Below, one piece after another: positions 48,860 to 61,139 of a stretch of DNA of 64,000 nt. Within the stretch, counting starts at the first letter, position 1; the number at the start of each line of letters is the position of its first letter. The notes beneath the pieces were generated by a model. That model searched no databases. It saw nothing but the letters and a program-made list of their open reading frames with translations, and was not told the DNA's origin. The position numbers were made by a program, and so were the translations under genes. Source of the stretch: Eledone cirrhosa (Eukaryota); NCBI GenBank assembly GCA_964016885.1, contig OZ024741.1, positions 278,318,001-278,382,000 on the forward strand, in the 5' to 3' direction.

Positions 48860-49162
48860 GCATTGTATGTGTGGAACTGATATACTAAACTACATACTGT
48901 AAAGTGTTTGTGTTGGTGACACTGCAAAATGTGCCCATTCAACACAGTAAAATGGTTGTTTTGGTGCAACGATAAAAGTCATCCTGTCCACACAGTAAAT
49001 GTGGTTGGCATTAGGAAGGGCATGCAGCTGTAGAAACCAAGCCAGAAACGGTTCTGTGAGAGCAAGACATGGTCAGCTGATCTGACTTGTCTCACAATGG
49101 GACAACCTGTCTAACCTGTGCTAGAATGGAAAATGGACGTTAAACAATGATAATGATGATGA
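48860..49162 (+). mobile_element. Non-autonomous RTE-UTR derivative (2-3 modules)
   Basis: Modules, then TTGGCATTAGGAAGGGCATGCAGCTGTAGAAA and a GGACGTTAAAC-(GAT)n tail. Confidence 0.7.
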
Positions 49163-49171
49163 GGATATATA

Positions 49172-52100
49172 TATCATCATCATCATTTTACGTCCGCTTT
49201 TCCCTGTTTGCAAGGGTGGGACGGGTTCTATTCAGCACAACATCTCTCCACTTGTCATGGTCCTTCGTCATCTTCACCGTGAGCTTCAGCGATCTGAGGT
49301 CTGCTCTCACCACCTCCTCCCATGTTTTTTGTGGTCTACCTCTACTATGTCTTCCTTCAACTGGGATTTCCTGGCACTTCTTCACCCATTGGTCATCCTC
49401 CATGCGCATCATATGTCCATATCATCGCAGTCTCCTCTCCCGCACACTACAATCTATCCCTCTCAGACACAGTTTCTCTCTCAACACATCCATGCTCGGT
49501 CGTTCACGCACATTGACATTGCACATCCAACAGAGCATGTTTGCCTCATTTCTCTCCAGCTGTCGCATATCCTCTTCAGTTGCTGCCCATGTCTCACTAC
49601 CATGCAGCCTCGCGCACCTCACACAGGCATCATATAACCGGCCTTTCGTACGCAGGGAGAAACCCTTATTCGTCAGCAGAGGAAGCAGCTCCCTAAACTT
49701 CTTCCAACCCGTCCTTATTCTAGATTCTATGGCCTCGGAACAACCCCCTCCCATGCTAATCTGATCACTTAGGTACCGGAAGCTATCAACCACTTCTATA
49801 GCACCCACCTGCATTTGAAAAATGTGTCTATCAATGCGACTTCTACTGTCAAATTTCCCTGTACATCTACTGTATACGTATTTCTCCCTACCTGTTTGTT
49901 TGCCTGCTATCCCACTACATCTCTTGTGTACCCAAGATCTGCATTGTGTGCATTTTATAGAATTTATGCCAATTCCTTTTCTGCATATCAAACATGGCCA
50001 TTTCCCTGACGGAATCAGAGTTTTGTCCTCTTTTCTACTCATCAACACTTTTGTCTTAGCTAGGTTCACTCTCAGTCCTCTTGCTTCCAACTGCTGTTTC
50101 CATAGCCAGAATTTATTCTCTAGCTCCTCTACTGATTCTGCTATAAGAACCAGATCGTCAGCATAGAGAGGTTCCCATGGACAGCAAGTCTTAAACTCCT
50201 CTGTTACGGCTTAGAGTACTATAATGAACAAGAGCAGGCTGAGGTCCGAACTCCTACTTGTATCTGGAATTCCTCACTAAACTCCATTCCTACCCACACT
50301 TTACTGACAGCACCTCCGTACAAAGTTTACACTGTCCTCACAAGCCATTCCTCAACACCTAGTTTCCTTAGGGACCACCAGATGACAGATCGGGGTACCC
50401 TATCAAAGGCCTTCTCTAGGTCAACAAAAGCTAGGTATAGTGGCTTATTCTTTTCTAAGAAACTCTCTTGTAATTGTCTCACCAAGAAGAGGGCATCTGT
50501 TGTACTTTTCCCAGGCGCAAAACCAAACTGCATCTCATCTAGTTTGACCTTTTCTCTAATTAGTTGTGCTAATATCCTTTCTGCTATTTCATAACCTGAT
50601 CCATCAGTTTTATACCCCTATAATTGCTTCTCTCCAGAGCATCCCCTTTACCTTTGTAGCAATTTATGAGAATACTGCTGCACCAGTCTTTGGGTATGAC
50701 ACCGCCATATACAGGGTGTGGACAATATTTGTTCGCAATTTTCAACTGCTAATTTTATGCAAATTTTTTTACTTCCGTTGTCACTCATAAAAACAGTGAC
50801 TATATTTCCATTATTTATTTTCAGAATAATTGATTATGAATAATTTTGAACCTCCAAATTTGTGGAAGAGACACAGAGTTCTTCTTGGAATTCGCGCCGG
50901 GAGGACAAATAAGGATCAGAAGATCAACTCCCAGAACAACAGGTGACTCGCTGTCTCATCCAAAGACGTGCCCAGAGTCATGCAGACAAAGTTTCCAGCA
51001 ACAACATTGGTCTTAGGTGTCGTCAGCAGTCAAGGTGACGTCATGCCACCTCACTTCTTCCCTGAGGGCCTCAAGCTGAACACTGATGGCTACATCTGCG
51101 TTCTGAGAGAGGTAGTAAAGCCCTGGATCAACCAGGTAGCTGCAGGTAGGCCGTACATGTAGCAGCAAGACTCAGCGCCCTGCCATACCAGCCGAAAGAC
51201 CCAAGCCTGGCTGTCAGAGAACTTCATCGACTACACTTCACCTGACATCTGGCCTCCCAGCTCGCCTGACTGCAACCCCCTCGACTTCTTTGTGTGGGGC
51301 GCAGTGGAACGAGACACCAACAGATCTAGCTGCAATATGAAAGACGATCTGAAGGCCAGGATCACAAGTGCCTTTAGGGGCCTAAGTCGGGGGACAGTGA
51401 CGAAGGCCTGTAGCCGGTCCTGAGGACGCCTTGAGGCCGTCATCAAAGCCAATGGCGGGTTTATTGAGTGAGATCGAAAGAACAAGTCATGAAGATAAAC
51501 TGACCCAAGTTTGATAAATATATCTTAAAAAATAAAACTACTGTGTTATTTTTTCCTAGACAGTAATCTTGCGAACAAATATCGTCTGCACCCTGTATAA
51601 CCTGATTGATGATGCGTGCAGCCAGTTTATTGCCTACGTCTCTCTGATGCCTTCAGCATCTCAGCAACTATCTCCGACGGTCCAGTGGCTTTACCATTTT
51701 TCATTTCCTTAATCGCCTCTTGGACCTTATATTCGTCAATCTCAATAGCTGGTCCCTCTGTCGGATCTACTGAGGGTAATTTCTCTCTCTCCCATTCGTT
51801 CTCCACGTTCATCAGTCTCTCATAATGACATTTCCAGGCCTCCTTTCTCTGATCACTAGCACCATTCCAGACACGTTTATCTCCAACAACATCCTGATTT
51901 ACATTGACACACTGCCTTGCAATGTGGAACACCACACGTCTCTGATCTTCTCATCACAGAACATTGGCAAACCTCCTACTCTCAGCCGCCCTGCATGCTA
52001 AGTACACCCGATGTCTAGCTTCCCTCTTAGCGGCTGTGTATCCTTCTCTACTCCCACCCTTTTTCCAAGCCTTCTATGCTACTCTTTTGTCTCTAATGGC

Positions 52101-53430
52101 CCTATCTACCATGCTGTTCCACCACCAGGTCACTCTTTGTTTGGTTGGAGCTCTGCTCCAGCCACAAGTTTCATCAGTAGCCTGCAGTAAGTTGTCACGT
52201 AAGAAATTCCAGTTATCATCTATGTCATATGACTCTAAATCGTCTTCTTTTTCGTCATACACATCTTGAAGGGCTTTCCTAAATTTGTATTTTAGTGAAA
52301 GGTCTTTTAGCTTCCAGACTTTTCTTCTCCACACCTTCCTGTATGTATCATTCCGTCCCTTGCTTACTGAGATATCGCTAACGACTAACCTATGCTGTGG
52401 GGTACATTCTTCCCCGAGGTATGCCTTGGTATTTGACACCATCTGCCTGTCCCGCTGCCTAACTACTAAGAAGTCAATCTGGCTTATGTGCTCACCTGAT
52501 TTGTAGGTGATGAGGTGGTTGGCAGGTTTCTGGAAGTTAGTGTTGCAAATGGTTAGTGTACTTGCATCACAAAATTCAAGAAGTCCGACTCCTTCTTCAT
52601 TTCTTGAGCCGTAACCATGCCCACCATGTACCCCAGTGTAACCATCCTGAAGCTGTCCAACATGACCATTGAAGTCCTCTGCTAGCATAATGATGTCTCT
52701 GTCCTCTGTCATTGTGGCTGTTTGTAAAAGTTGCTCGTAAAAGCAGTCTTTCTCTTCTTTACATAGGTCTGCCTGGGGAGCATAGGCAGAGATGATTGTC
52801 AGTAGTCTCCTGCCTACAACTAATCTAAGCTTAATTATTCTATTATTAACTCAAACTGCCTCTATTGTCTTATTGATCCATCTCTCAGCCAGAAAAATGC
52901 CTACTCCCGCTAACCCATCATCCTTACCTACCCAGAAAAGCTTATAATTAAGATGTTTGCCTGTGATTAGTTTCACAGAGGCACCTCTCCATCTCACCTC
53001 TTGCACGCAGCACACACCCACATGCCTTCTCTCCAGCATCTCCGCTACTTCACCAGATCTACCTGTGAGAATGCCAACATTAAGTGTTGCAACTCTGAGA
53101 TGCGACGTCTTCATATTCTTGTTCCTTTTTCTGTAGTGCGATTGCTTGAAGACGGTCGGGGGGTTCTCGCACTTGGCCACACTAGCCACTCCACTACCGT
53201 GCGCTGCCCTAACATGGTTAGTGTTTGCTGTTTACGCAGTTATTGCGATATATATTTGTTGTTGTGCTCATAATTGTTTTGGCATTAATACACTGGTTAG
53301 ATGCTCTACCTAACACCAGTGCCACTTACAGCATGGACTGGGTGCTTTTATTCGTGCCACCAGCACTAAAGCGGATGTCTTACTGGACTCATGGGCCCTC
53401 TCTACCCCTCCATTTTACAGCATGATCATA
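49172..53430 (-). mobile_element. Degenerate full-length RTE subfamily A copy interrupted by a maT transposon
   Basis: Fragmented ORFs covering APE endonuclease, RT, PHD-type finger and C-terminus, colinear with 57826-61110, with stops and deletions. Confidence 0.92.
50712..51595 (+). mobile_element. Tc1/mariner superfamily DD37D (maT) transposon, internally deleted
   Basis: ~27-bp TIRs CAGGGTG..GAC.ATATTTGTTCGCAA; TA duplication within RTE sequence; transposase remnant QQDSAPCH...WPPSSPDCNPLD with 37 residues between the last two Asp; in-frame stops. Confidence 0.9.
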
Positions 53431-53744
53431 ACAATAATAACAATAATAATAACACTATTAATAATTATTAATTAATGCAATCGTGCAATGCCTGTGCATA
53501 AAGAATATTTTTAAAGTAAGGAAAGACTGTGCACTGAGCCAATCCCACTCTCTGAGCGACAGTAGCTAAAACCCGAAAAGAAGAAAAGATCAACATCATC
53601 GGCAACTACTGAGCCACAGGTTTTATGTCGGAGTTAACCCAGTTTCCTGAGATACCTTCTCCTAGAAGAATGCCCTGACAAGGGCTAGGGGTTCTTCACT
53701 CCCAGTGGTTTAACTGTGCGATTGGGTATCCAGCCCAATTATTT

Positions 53745-55925
53745 CTAAGTTCTGTCTCCACTTGGTAAAAGCGATCATGCAGTACTGAGCTTTAGCATGC
53801 ATATTTCGTTTGCACCGCCTCCCGTTTCGAATCAGCTGAGAAGAATATTTGCTACTATGAATCATGATCTTATCAAAATGGCCTCCGACGAGATAAATTG
53901 GCGCAGCCTAACTGAAAATCAGTCTGTTGAAACTTTGTGGCGAGAAATAAAGGAAATTCTACTTGTGCTAACAGAAATGGCAGTGCTGCTGAGAACGCCA
54001 AAACGCAAGAAACACAAACCCTGGATAACAATGATAATTATCTGCGGACGGAAGTTAAGAAATGCTGCTTGGGGGCACTATCAAGAGACCATGTCTGCGG
54101 CGGCATTTGAAGTCTACAGAAAGCAGCAAAATCATGTCGAGCATATTTCCAGAATTGCAAGGCAAAATTTTGAAAGGGAACTTTCAAATGATGCCAGTCG
54201 TAATCCAAAGCGCTTTTATGCTCACGTGCAGAGAAATCAAAAACTGAATAACCAAATTGTCACTCTCCGAACCCCCAAAGGTGCAGGTATTGAACACGCT
54301 GACCAACAAGCTTCTCTTTTTGCAGATGTTTTCGCAAATATCTTCAAAGAGGACGATGGCAGAGAACCTCCAAATCTAAACATGATCACCCCACCAATGC
54401 AGCCAACCACCGTCAGACCGGACGAGGTGGAAAAGTTGCTTTTGTCCTTATATGTGAATAAGGGGCATGGTCCAGACGGTCTACATCTAGCCACACTATT
54501 CAACCTATCATTGGCTACCGGAGTTGTTCCTGCCGACTGGAAAGTAGCTACAAAGAAGACACGGGGAACTACAGACCCGTAGCCTCACCTCAATTGTCTG
54601 TAAGGCCTTGGAATCTCTAATCAAGCGGGCAATTATGGCTCATCTTGCGTCTTTCACTGCCATCTCTCCATCTCAACACGGTTTCATCCCGAAATGTTCC
54701 TGTCTCACAAATTTACTCGTGATGGAAGAATGGGTGACGAGGATAGTGGACGATGGAGATGCGGCTGATATTATCTTTCTCGACTTCACCAAAGCCTTTG
54801 ACTCTGTCAACCGCCGCCTGCTCCTGTATAAGCTCAGCAACTATGGTCTCCATCACTCGATTATAAAGTGGATTGGATCATTTCTTGAGGGTCGTACTTG
54901 CAGAGTTTGGATCAATGGCAGTCTGTCATCGGGGGTGGGTGTAGGTAGTGGCGTTCCCCAGGGCTCTGTGTTGGGCCCAATTCTCTTCCTTCTATACATC
55001 AACGACATGCTGGATGTGATTGGTAGAAACGTGCTCATATTTGCAGATGATGTGAAAATGGTAGCCCGTAGGAACGAGATCGACAATCTCAAGTCCAGCC
55101 TCCAGCGCGCCTGGAGTTGGTCCATTGACTGGGATTTATACCTCAATGTCGATAAGTGTTGCCATATGGCAGTGGGTACACCTTATAACTCAGCTCTTAC
55201 CTTCAACGGTGGCACTGCTCCTTTGAAGGAGGCTGAGGAGACTAAAGATCTTGGTCTGATGGTCAACTCGTCCTTCAAACCATCAAAACATTGCATTCAA
55301 GCCGCAAAGAAGGCAAGGAGCTCTCTTTTTCTTATTCGAGGCTCCTTTGCCAAACTCACTCCAGAAATTTTCAGGCTTCGCTATGTCGCCCTCGTGAGAC
55401 CGCACCTAAAATATGGCATCCAAGCATCAAACCCATGTCTCATCCGGGATATCCATCACTTGGAGAGAGTTCAATGACTAGCGACTCGAATGGTACAGGG
55501 TCTTCGTGAGCTGCCCTACGAAAGCCGGCTGCAGAAGCTGAACCTCTTCTCCTTGGAGCGTCGACGGCTACGAGGCGATCTCATTTTGGCTTACAATCTC
55601 TTCAATGGCCATTACGATCTCCCTCAAGATCTCCTATTCACTCCAGCACGTGAAAGGGGTCTATGTGGACATGACAAAAAGCTGTTTCACCGCCGCTTTC
55701 GCCTAAATAGACGGAAAGCTGCTTTCTTGATCCGCATCTCTGGACCCTGGAATCGGCTTCCAGAAGAAGTAGTCAACGCGCCAACCACGCATCAGTTCAA
55801 GGCGAAATTGGACTGGTGTTGGACCACTGTGTTTCCGACTGTGTAAATTTTGCCCCTCTCCCCTCCTTACATGGCATCTGAAGCATCTATGTTTTAATTT
55901 CTGCCAAATATATTGAATTGAATTG
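53745..55925 (+). mobile_element. CR1-type LINE, 5'-truncated, with frameshift and stop
   Basis: PLGKSDH (EN end), [62 protein letters not shown]; (TTGAA)n tail. Confidence 0.9.
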
Positions 55926-56034
55926 TCCCTGCACAAAAAAACAACACTTATTGGCACTCATATGTACGACACACACACGCCACTCACTATATATATTTAT
56001 ATTTATAAATATTGTTACAGTAATTTTTTCTTCA

Positions 56035-57150
56035 GGAATCATCATCATGATCATCATAATCATCATCATTCAACATTTATTTTCCACGCTAACATGGATT
56101 AAATGGATTGTCCCATTTGAGGCAAGTCAGGTCAGCTGACCGTGTCTGGCTCATACAGAACTATTTCTGGCTTAGTTTCTATGGCTGGATGCCTCTTCCT
56201 AATGCCAACCATATTTTTAGTGCAGGCAGGGTGCTTTTTGTCTTGACACCTACATGACCACTTTACTGTGTTAGCAGGGTGCTTTTTGTCTTGACACCTA
56301 TACGACCACGTTAGAGTGTGGGCTAGGAACTGGGGCAAGGGTGTAAAGGTGCGGGAGAAGAGTGATGCGATCAGGGTGTGGGTGGGGTGTTAGGGCGTGG
56401 GAGGTGTATGGAAGGAGGAGGGAGAATAGTGGTTAAGAGGTGCATACTATATGTATGCTTCAATCCATCTGCATGGGAAGGCAGATGTGTATTGCTGCAG
56501 AACACAAAGATCTCGATCTTGTGTCATTGTCTTTGAAAGGTGCAATTGTACAAGGTCAGCTTTTATTACCTCATCCCAGGCCTTCCTAGGCTTTCCTACT
56601 CCATAGTTTCCATCGACTTTGATTGCTCACTGCCTTTTTATACAGCTGTTATCCTTCATACACGTCATGTGGCACACTGCATCTGAGCCCTCTTATGCCC
56701 AATTTCTCTTCAGTTTATATATATGTGTATATTACTATGACACATCCATGGGAACATGCAGGATTCATTTCTTTCCAATCTTCGGAGGTCCTCTGTACAC
56801 AGTGCCCAGGTCTCACTACCATGCAACATTGTTGTTTGTATACATGCATCTTATAATCCGCCCTTCATTTTGAGGGAAAAACCTTTTGTAGCTAGCAGCA
56901 GTAATAGCTATTTGAACTTTCTCCTTCCCATTCTTACTCTGGCAACTCTACTTTCAGAACATCCACCTCCACTGCTAATTTGGTCACCTAAGTAATGGAA
57001 ACTGTCGACTATTTCTACAGAGCCATCTGAACATTTGAAGGAGCTAGTATCCTGTGGCTCTTGCTACTTACTGCACCTGTGCTTTGGCCACATATAAAAC
57101 TTACGTTCTTTGATAGCCTGCTTGTTATCCCACTATGTCTTCTGTATACC
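56035..57150 (-). mobile_element. Degenerate RTE (B/C-related) 3' portion
   Basis: Reverse-strand similarity to the ISSGGGCSESRVAR..GFSLKMKG..HGSETWA region and the UTR modules; (CAT)n-like tail at left. Confidence 0.75.
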
Positions 57151-57282
57151 AATATATATATGTAAGCCAAAATCTGCCCTAGGGGAGCTAAACATGGTCC
57201 TCTGACCTGATTTTCTCTCTAAGGGTCAACCCGTCCTACTCATGCTAGTGTGGAAGAGGGATGTTAAACGATGATGGTGATA

Positions 57283-57333
<51 letters not shown>

Positions 57334-57546
57334 AGATGTCAACATGAATGGACCTGTTATTTTTATCTAAAGGCATTTTTCCAATTCCAACCTGCCCGTC
57401 TCCTCAATTATTTCTCATTCATTTTTTCTTTTGATGAAGGACTAGCGTCTGAAATGTTAAGACCCTCTTCTTGCTATTTCAAGCGTTAACCTAATATATT
57501 CCTTCCATATACTGTACCGATTGTGTTGTTATTTCTGTTTACCTTT

Positions 57547-57609
<63 letters not shown>

Positions 57610-57612
<3 letters not shown>

Positions 57613-57820
57613 GGAAAATGTTTGATCCCGACGGCAGAGCTCAAGCCGTTTCGACGGCTATTTCTGGACTCAGTCTGGAGTCCAGAAATAGCTGTTGAAA
57701 CGGCTTGAGCTCTGCCGTCGAGGTCAAACATTTTCTATTTACCTACTCTACTACCCTAAGTATTGAGTACTCTGGTGCGTTATGGTCCATCTGGTTCCTT
57801 ACCACACTGCCTTCATTATA
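57610..57820. mobile_element. Short fold-back element related to 9518-10925
   Basis: GGAAAATGTTTGA..GCAGAGCTC..CTATTTCTGGACTC and its reverse complement, followed by the same CTACTACCCTAAGTATTGAGTACTCTGG tail. Confidence 0.75.
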
Positions 57821-57825
57821 TATAT

Positions 57826-60800
57826 ATCATCATCATCATCATCATCATCAATTTACGTCCGCTTTTCCCTGCTTGCAAGGGTGGGACGGGTCTTATTCAG
57901 CACAGCATCTCTCCACTCGTCACGGTCCCTCGTCATCTCCACCGTGAGCTTCAATGATCTGAGGTCTGTTCTCACCACCTTCGCCCATGTTTTTCGTGGT
58001 CTACCTCTACCACGTCTTCCTTCAACTGGCATTTCCTGGCACTTCTTCACCCATCGGTCATCCTCCATGCGCATCACATGTCCATACCACCTCAGTCTCC
58101 TCTCCCGTACACTACATTCTATCCCTCTCAGACACAGTTTCTCTCTCAACACATTTATGCTGGGTCGTTCACGCACATTTACACTGCACATCCAACGGAG
58201 CATGCTTGCCTCATTTCTCTCCAGCCGTCGCATATCCTCTGCGGTTGCTGCCCATGTCTCACTACCATGCAGCATCGCGCTCCTCACACAGGCATCATAC
58301 AACCGGCCTTTCGTACGCAGGGAGAAACCCTTCTTCGTCAACAGAGGAAGCAGCTCCCTAAACTTCTTCCAACCCGTCCTTATTCTAGATACTATGGCCT
58401 CGGAACACCCTCCTCCCATGCTAATCTGATCTCCTAGGTACCGGAAGCTATCCACCACTTCTATAGCGCCCTCTCGCATTTGAAAAATGTGTCTATCAGT
58501 GCGACTTCTACTGTCTAATTTCCCTGTACATCTACTGCATACATATTTCTCCCTACCTGTTAGTTTGCCTGCTATCCCGCTACATCTCTTGTGTACCCAG
58601 GACCTGCATTGTGTGCATTTTATAGAATTTATGCCAGTTCCTTTTCTGCATATCGAACATGGCCATTTCCCTGACGGAATCAGGGTTTTGTCCTCTTTTC
58701 TACTCATCAACACCTTTGTCTTAGCTAGATTTACTCTCAGTCCTCTTGCTTCCAACTGCTGTTTCCATAGCCGGAATTTATTCTCTAGCTCCTCTACTGA
58801 TTCTGCTATAAGAGCCAGATCGTCAGCATAGAGAAGTTCCCATGGACAGCCAGTCTTAAACTCCTCTGTTATGGCTTGGAGGACTATAATGAACAAGAGC
58901 AGGATGAGGACCGAACCCTGATGTACTCCTACTTGTATCTGGAATTCCTCACTAAACTCCATTCCTACCCTGACTTTACTGAGAGTACCTCTGTACAAAG
59001 TTTGTACTGTCCTCACAAGCCATTCCTCAACACCTAGCTTCCTTAGGGACCACCAGATGACAGATCGGGGTACCCTATCAAAGGCCTTCTCTAGGTCAAC
59101 AAAGGCTAAGTATAGTGGCTTATTCTTCTCTAAGAACCTCTCTTGCATTTGTCTCACCAAGAAGAGGGCATCTGTTGTACTCTTCCCAGGCACAAAACCA
59201 AACTGCATCTCATCTAGTTTGACCCTTTCTCTAATTAGTTGTGCTAAAATCCTTTCTGCCACTTTCATAACCTGATCTATCAGTTTTATACCCCTATAAT
59301 TGCTCCTCTCCAAAGCATCCCCTTTACCTTTGTAGCAATTTATGAGAATACTGCTGCACCAGTCTTTGGGTATGACACCACCATATATAGCCTGATTGAT
59401 GATGCGTGCAACCAGTTTAGTGCCTACGTCCCCTGATGCCTTCAGCATCTCAGCAACTATTCCCGATGGTCCGGCCGCCTTACCATTTTTCATTTCCCTA
59501 ATCGCCTCTTGGACCCTATATTCGTCAATCTCAATAGCTGGTCCCTCTGTCGGATCTACCAAGGGTAATTTCTCTCTCTCCCATTCGTTCTCCACATTCA
59601 TCAGTCTCTCATAATGACATTTGCAGGCCTCCTTTTTCTGGTCATTCGTGACACTAAGTACACCGGCATCATCTCGGACACATTTATCTCCAACAACATC
59701 CTGATTTGCATTGACACACTGCCTTGCAATGTGGAACACCGCACGCCTCTGATCTTCCCGTCGCAGAACATTGGCAAACCTCCTACTCTCTGCCTCCCTG
59801 CGTGCTAAGTACACCTGACGTCTAGCTTCTCTCTTAGTGGCTGTATATTCTTCCCTACTCCCACCCTTTTTCCAAGCCTTCCATGCTAGTCTTTTGTCTC
59901 TAATAGCCTTATCTACTGTGCTGTTCCACCACCAGGTCACTCTTTGTCTGGTTGGAGCTCTGCTCCAGCCACAGGTTTCATCAGTAGCCTGCAGCAAGTT
60001 GTCACGTAAGAACTTCCAGTTATTATCTATGTCATACGTCTCTAAATCGTCTTCTTTTTCGTCATATACATCTTGAAGGGCTTTCCTAAATTTGTATTTT
60101 AGTGAAAGGTCTTTTAGCTTCCAGACCTTTCTTCTCCACACCTTCCTATATGTCTCATTCCATCTCTTGCTTACTGAGATATCACTAACAACTAACCTAT
60201 GCTGTGGGGTACATTCTTCCCCAGGGTATGCCTTGGTATTAGACACTATCTGCCTGTCCTGCTGCCTAACTAGCAGGAAGTCAATCTGGCTTATGTGCTC
60301 ACCAGATTTGTAGGTTATTAGGTGATTGGCAGGTTTCTGGAAGTTTGTGTTGCAAATAGTCAATGTACTTGCATCACAAAATTCAAGAAGTCTCACTCCT
60401 TCTTCATTTCTTGAACCGTAACCGTGCCCACCATGTACCCCAGTGTAATCATCCTGGAGCTGTCCAACATGACCATTGAAGTCCCCTGCTAGCATAACGA
60501 TGTCTCCGTCCTCTGTCATTGTGGTTGTTTGCAAAAGTTGCTCATAAAAGCAGTCTTTCTCATCTTTGCCTAGGCCTGCTTGGGGAGCATAGACCGAGAT
60601 GATTGTCAGTAGTCTCCTACCTACAACTAATCTAAGCTTAATTATTCGATTACTAACTCGAACTACCTCTATTGTCTTATTGATCCATTTCTCAGCCAGG
60701 AAAATGCCTACTCCCCCTAACCCATCATCCTTACCTACCCAGAATAGCTTATAGCTAAGACACTTGCCTACGACTAGTCTCGCAGAGGCACCTCTCCATC

Positions 60801-61110
60801 TCACCTCTTGCACGCAGCACACATCCACCTGCCTTCTCTCCAGCATCTCCGCTATTTCAGCAGATCTACCTCTGAGAGTGCCAACATTAAGTGTTGCAAC
60901 TCTGAGATGCGACGTCTTCATATTTTCCTATGCTGTTTTGTTGCTGTGCTGATAAGCTTTTTGGCATTGATACACTGGTTGGATGCCCTTCCTAACACCA
61001 GCGCCACTTTACAGCATGGACTGGGTGCTTTTATTTGTGCCACCAGCACTAGAGAGGATGTCTTACTAGACTCAAGGGCCCTCTCTACCCCTCCATTTTA
61101 CAGCATGGTC
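57826..61110 (-). mobile_element. Apparently full-length RTE LINE subfamily A
   Basis: ~190-nt 5' UTR, one 1022-aa ORF, (ATG)n tail directly after the stop codon. Confidence 0.95.
57853..60921 (-). CDS. RTE ORF: APE endonuclease + reverse transcriptase + PHD-type C4HC3 finger
   Basis: ATLNV, VQEVRW, YAPQ, GDFNGH, SQIDF, QHRLV (APE); DLEKAFD, HQGSVL, YADD (RT); CSIC..CTQC..HKRC..CSRC; RRLRWYGH, GRPRKTW. Confidence 0.95.
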   Translation of the reverse strand: MKTSHLRVATLNVGTLRGRSAEIAEMLERRQVDVCCVQEVRWRGASARLVVGKCLSYKLFWVGKDDGLGGVGIFLAEKWINKTIEVVRVSNRIIKLRLVVGRRLLTIISVYAPQAGLGKDEKDCFYEQLLQTTTMTEDGDIVMLAGDFNGHVGQLQDDYTGVHGGHGYGSRNEEGVRLLEFCDASTLTICNTNFQKPANHLITYKSGEHISQIDFLLVRQQDRQIVSNTKAYPGEECTPQHRLVVSDISVSKRWNETYRKVWRRKVWKLKDLSLKYKFRKALQDVYDEKEDDLETYDIDNNWKFLRDNLLQATDETCGWSRAPTRQRVTWWWNSTVDKAIRDKRLAWKAWKKGGSREEYTATKREARRQVYLARREAESRRFANVLRREDQRRAVFHIARQCVNANQDVVGDKCVRDDAGVLSVTNDQKKEACKCHYERLMNVENEWEREKLPLVDPTEGPAIEIDEYRVQEAIREMKNGKAAGPSGIVAEMLKASGDVGTKLVARIINQAIYGGVIPKDWCSSILINCYKGKGDALERSNYRGIKLIDQVMKVAERILAQLIRERVKLDEMQFGFVPGKSTTDALFLVRQMQERFLEKNKPLYLAFVDLEKAFDRVPRSVIWWSLRKLGVEEWLVRTVQTLYRGTLSKVRVGMEFSEEFQIQVGVHQGSVLILLLFIIVLQAITEEFKTGCPWELLYADDLALIAESVEELENKFRLWKQQLEARGLRVNLAKTKVLMSRKEDKTLIPSGKWPCSICRKGTGINSIKCTQCRSWVHKRCSGIAGKLTGREKYVCSRCTGKLDSRSRTDRHIFQMREGAIEVVDSFRYLGDQISMGGGCSEAIVSRIRTGWKKFRELLPLLTKKGFSLRTKGRLYDACVRSAMLHGSETWAATAEDMRRLERNEASMLRWMCSVNVRERPSINVLREKLCLRGIECSVRERRLRWYGHVMRMEDDRWVKKCQEMPVEGRRGRGRPRKTWAKVVRTDLRSLKLTVEMTRDRDEWRDAVLNKTRPTLASREKRT

Positions 61111-61139
61111 ATTAAAAAAAATAACAAAAAAAAAAAAAA

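Noticed and set aside
60960-61110. Twister, HDV-like or pistol ribozyme in the RTE 5' UTR
   Set aside because: Could not fit the conserved catalytic cores by eye; reported instead as an unassigned pseudoknot module.
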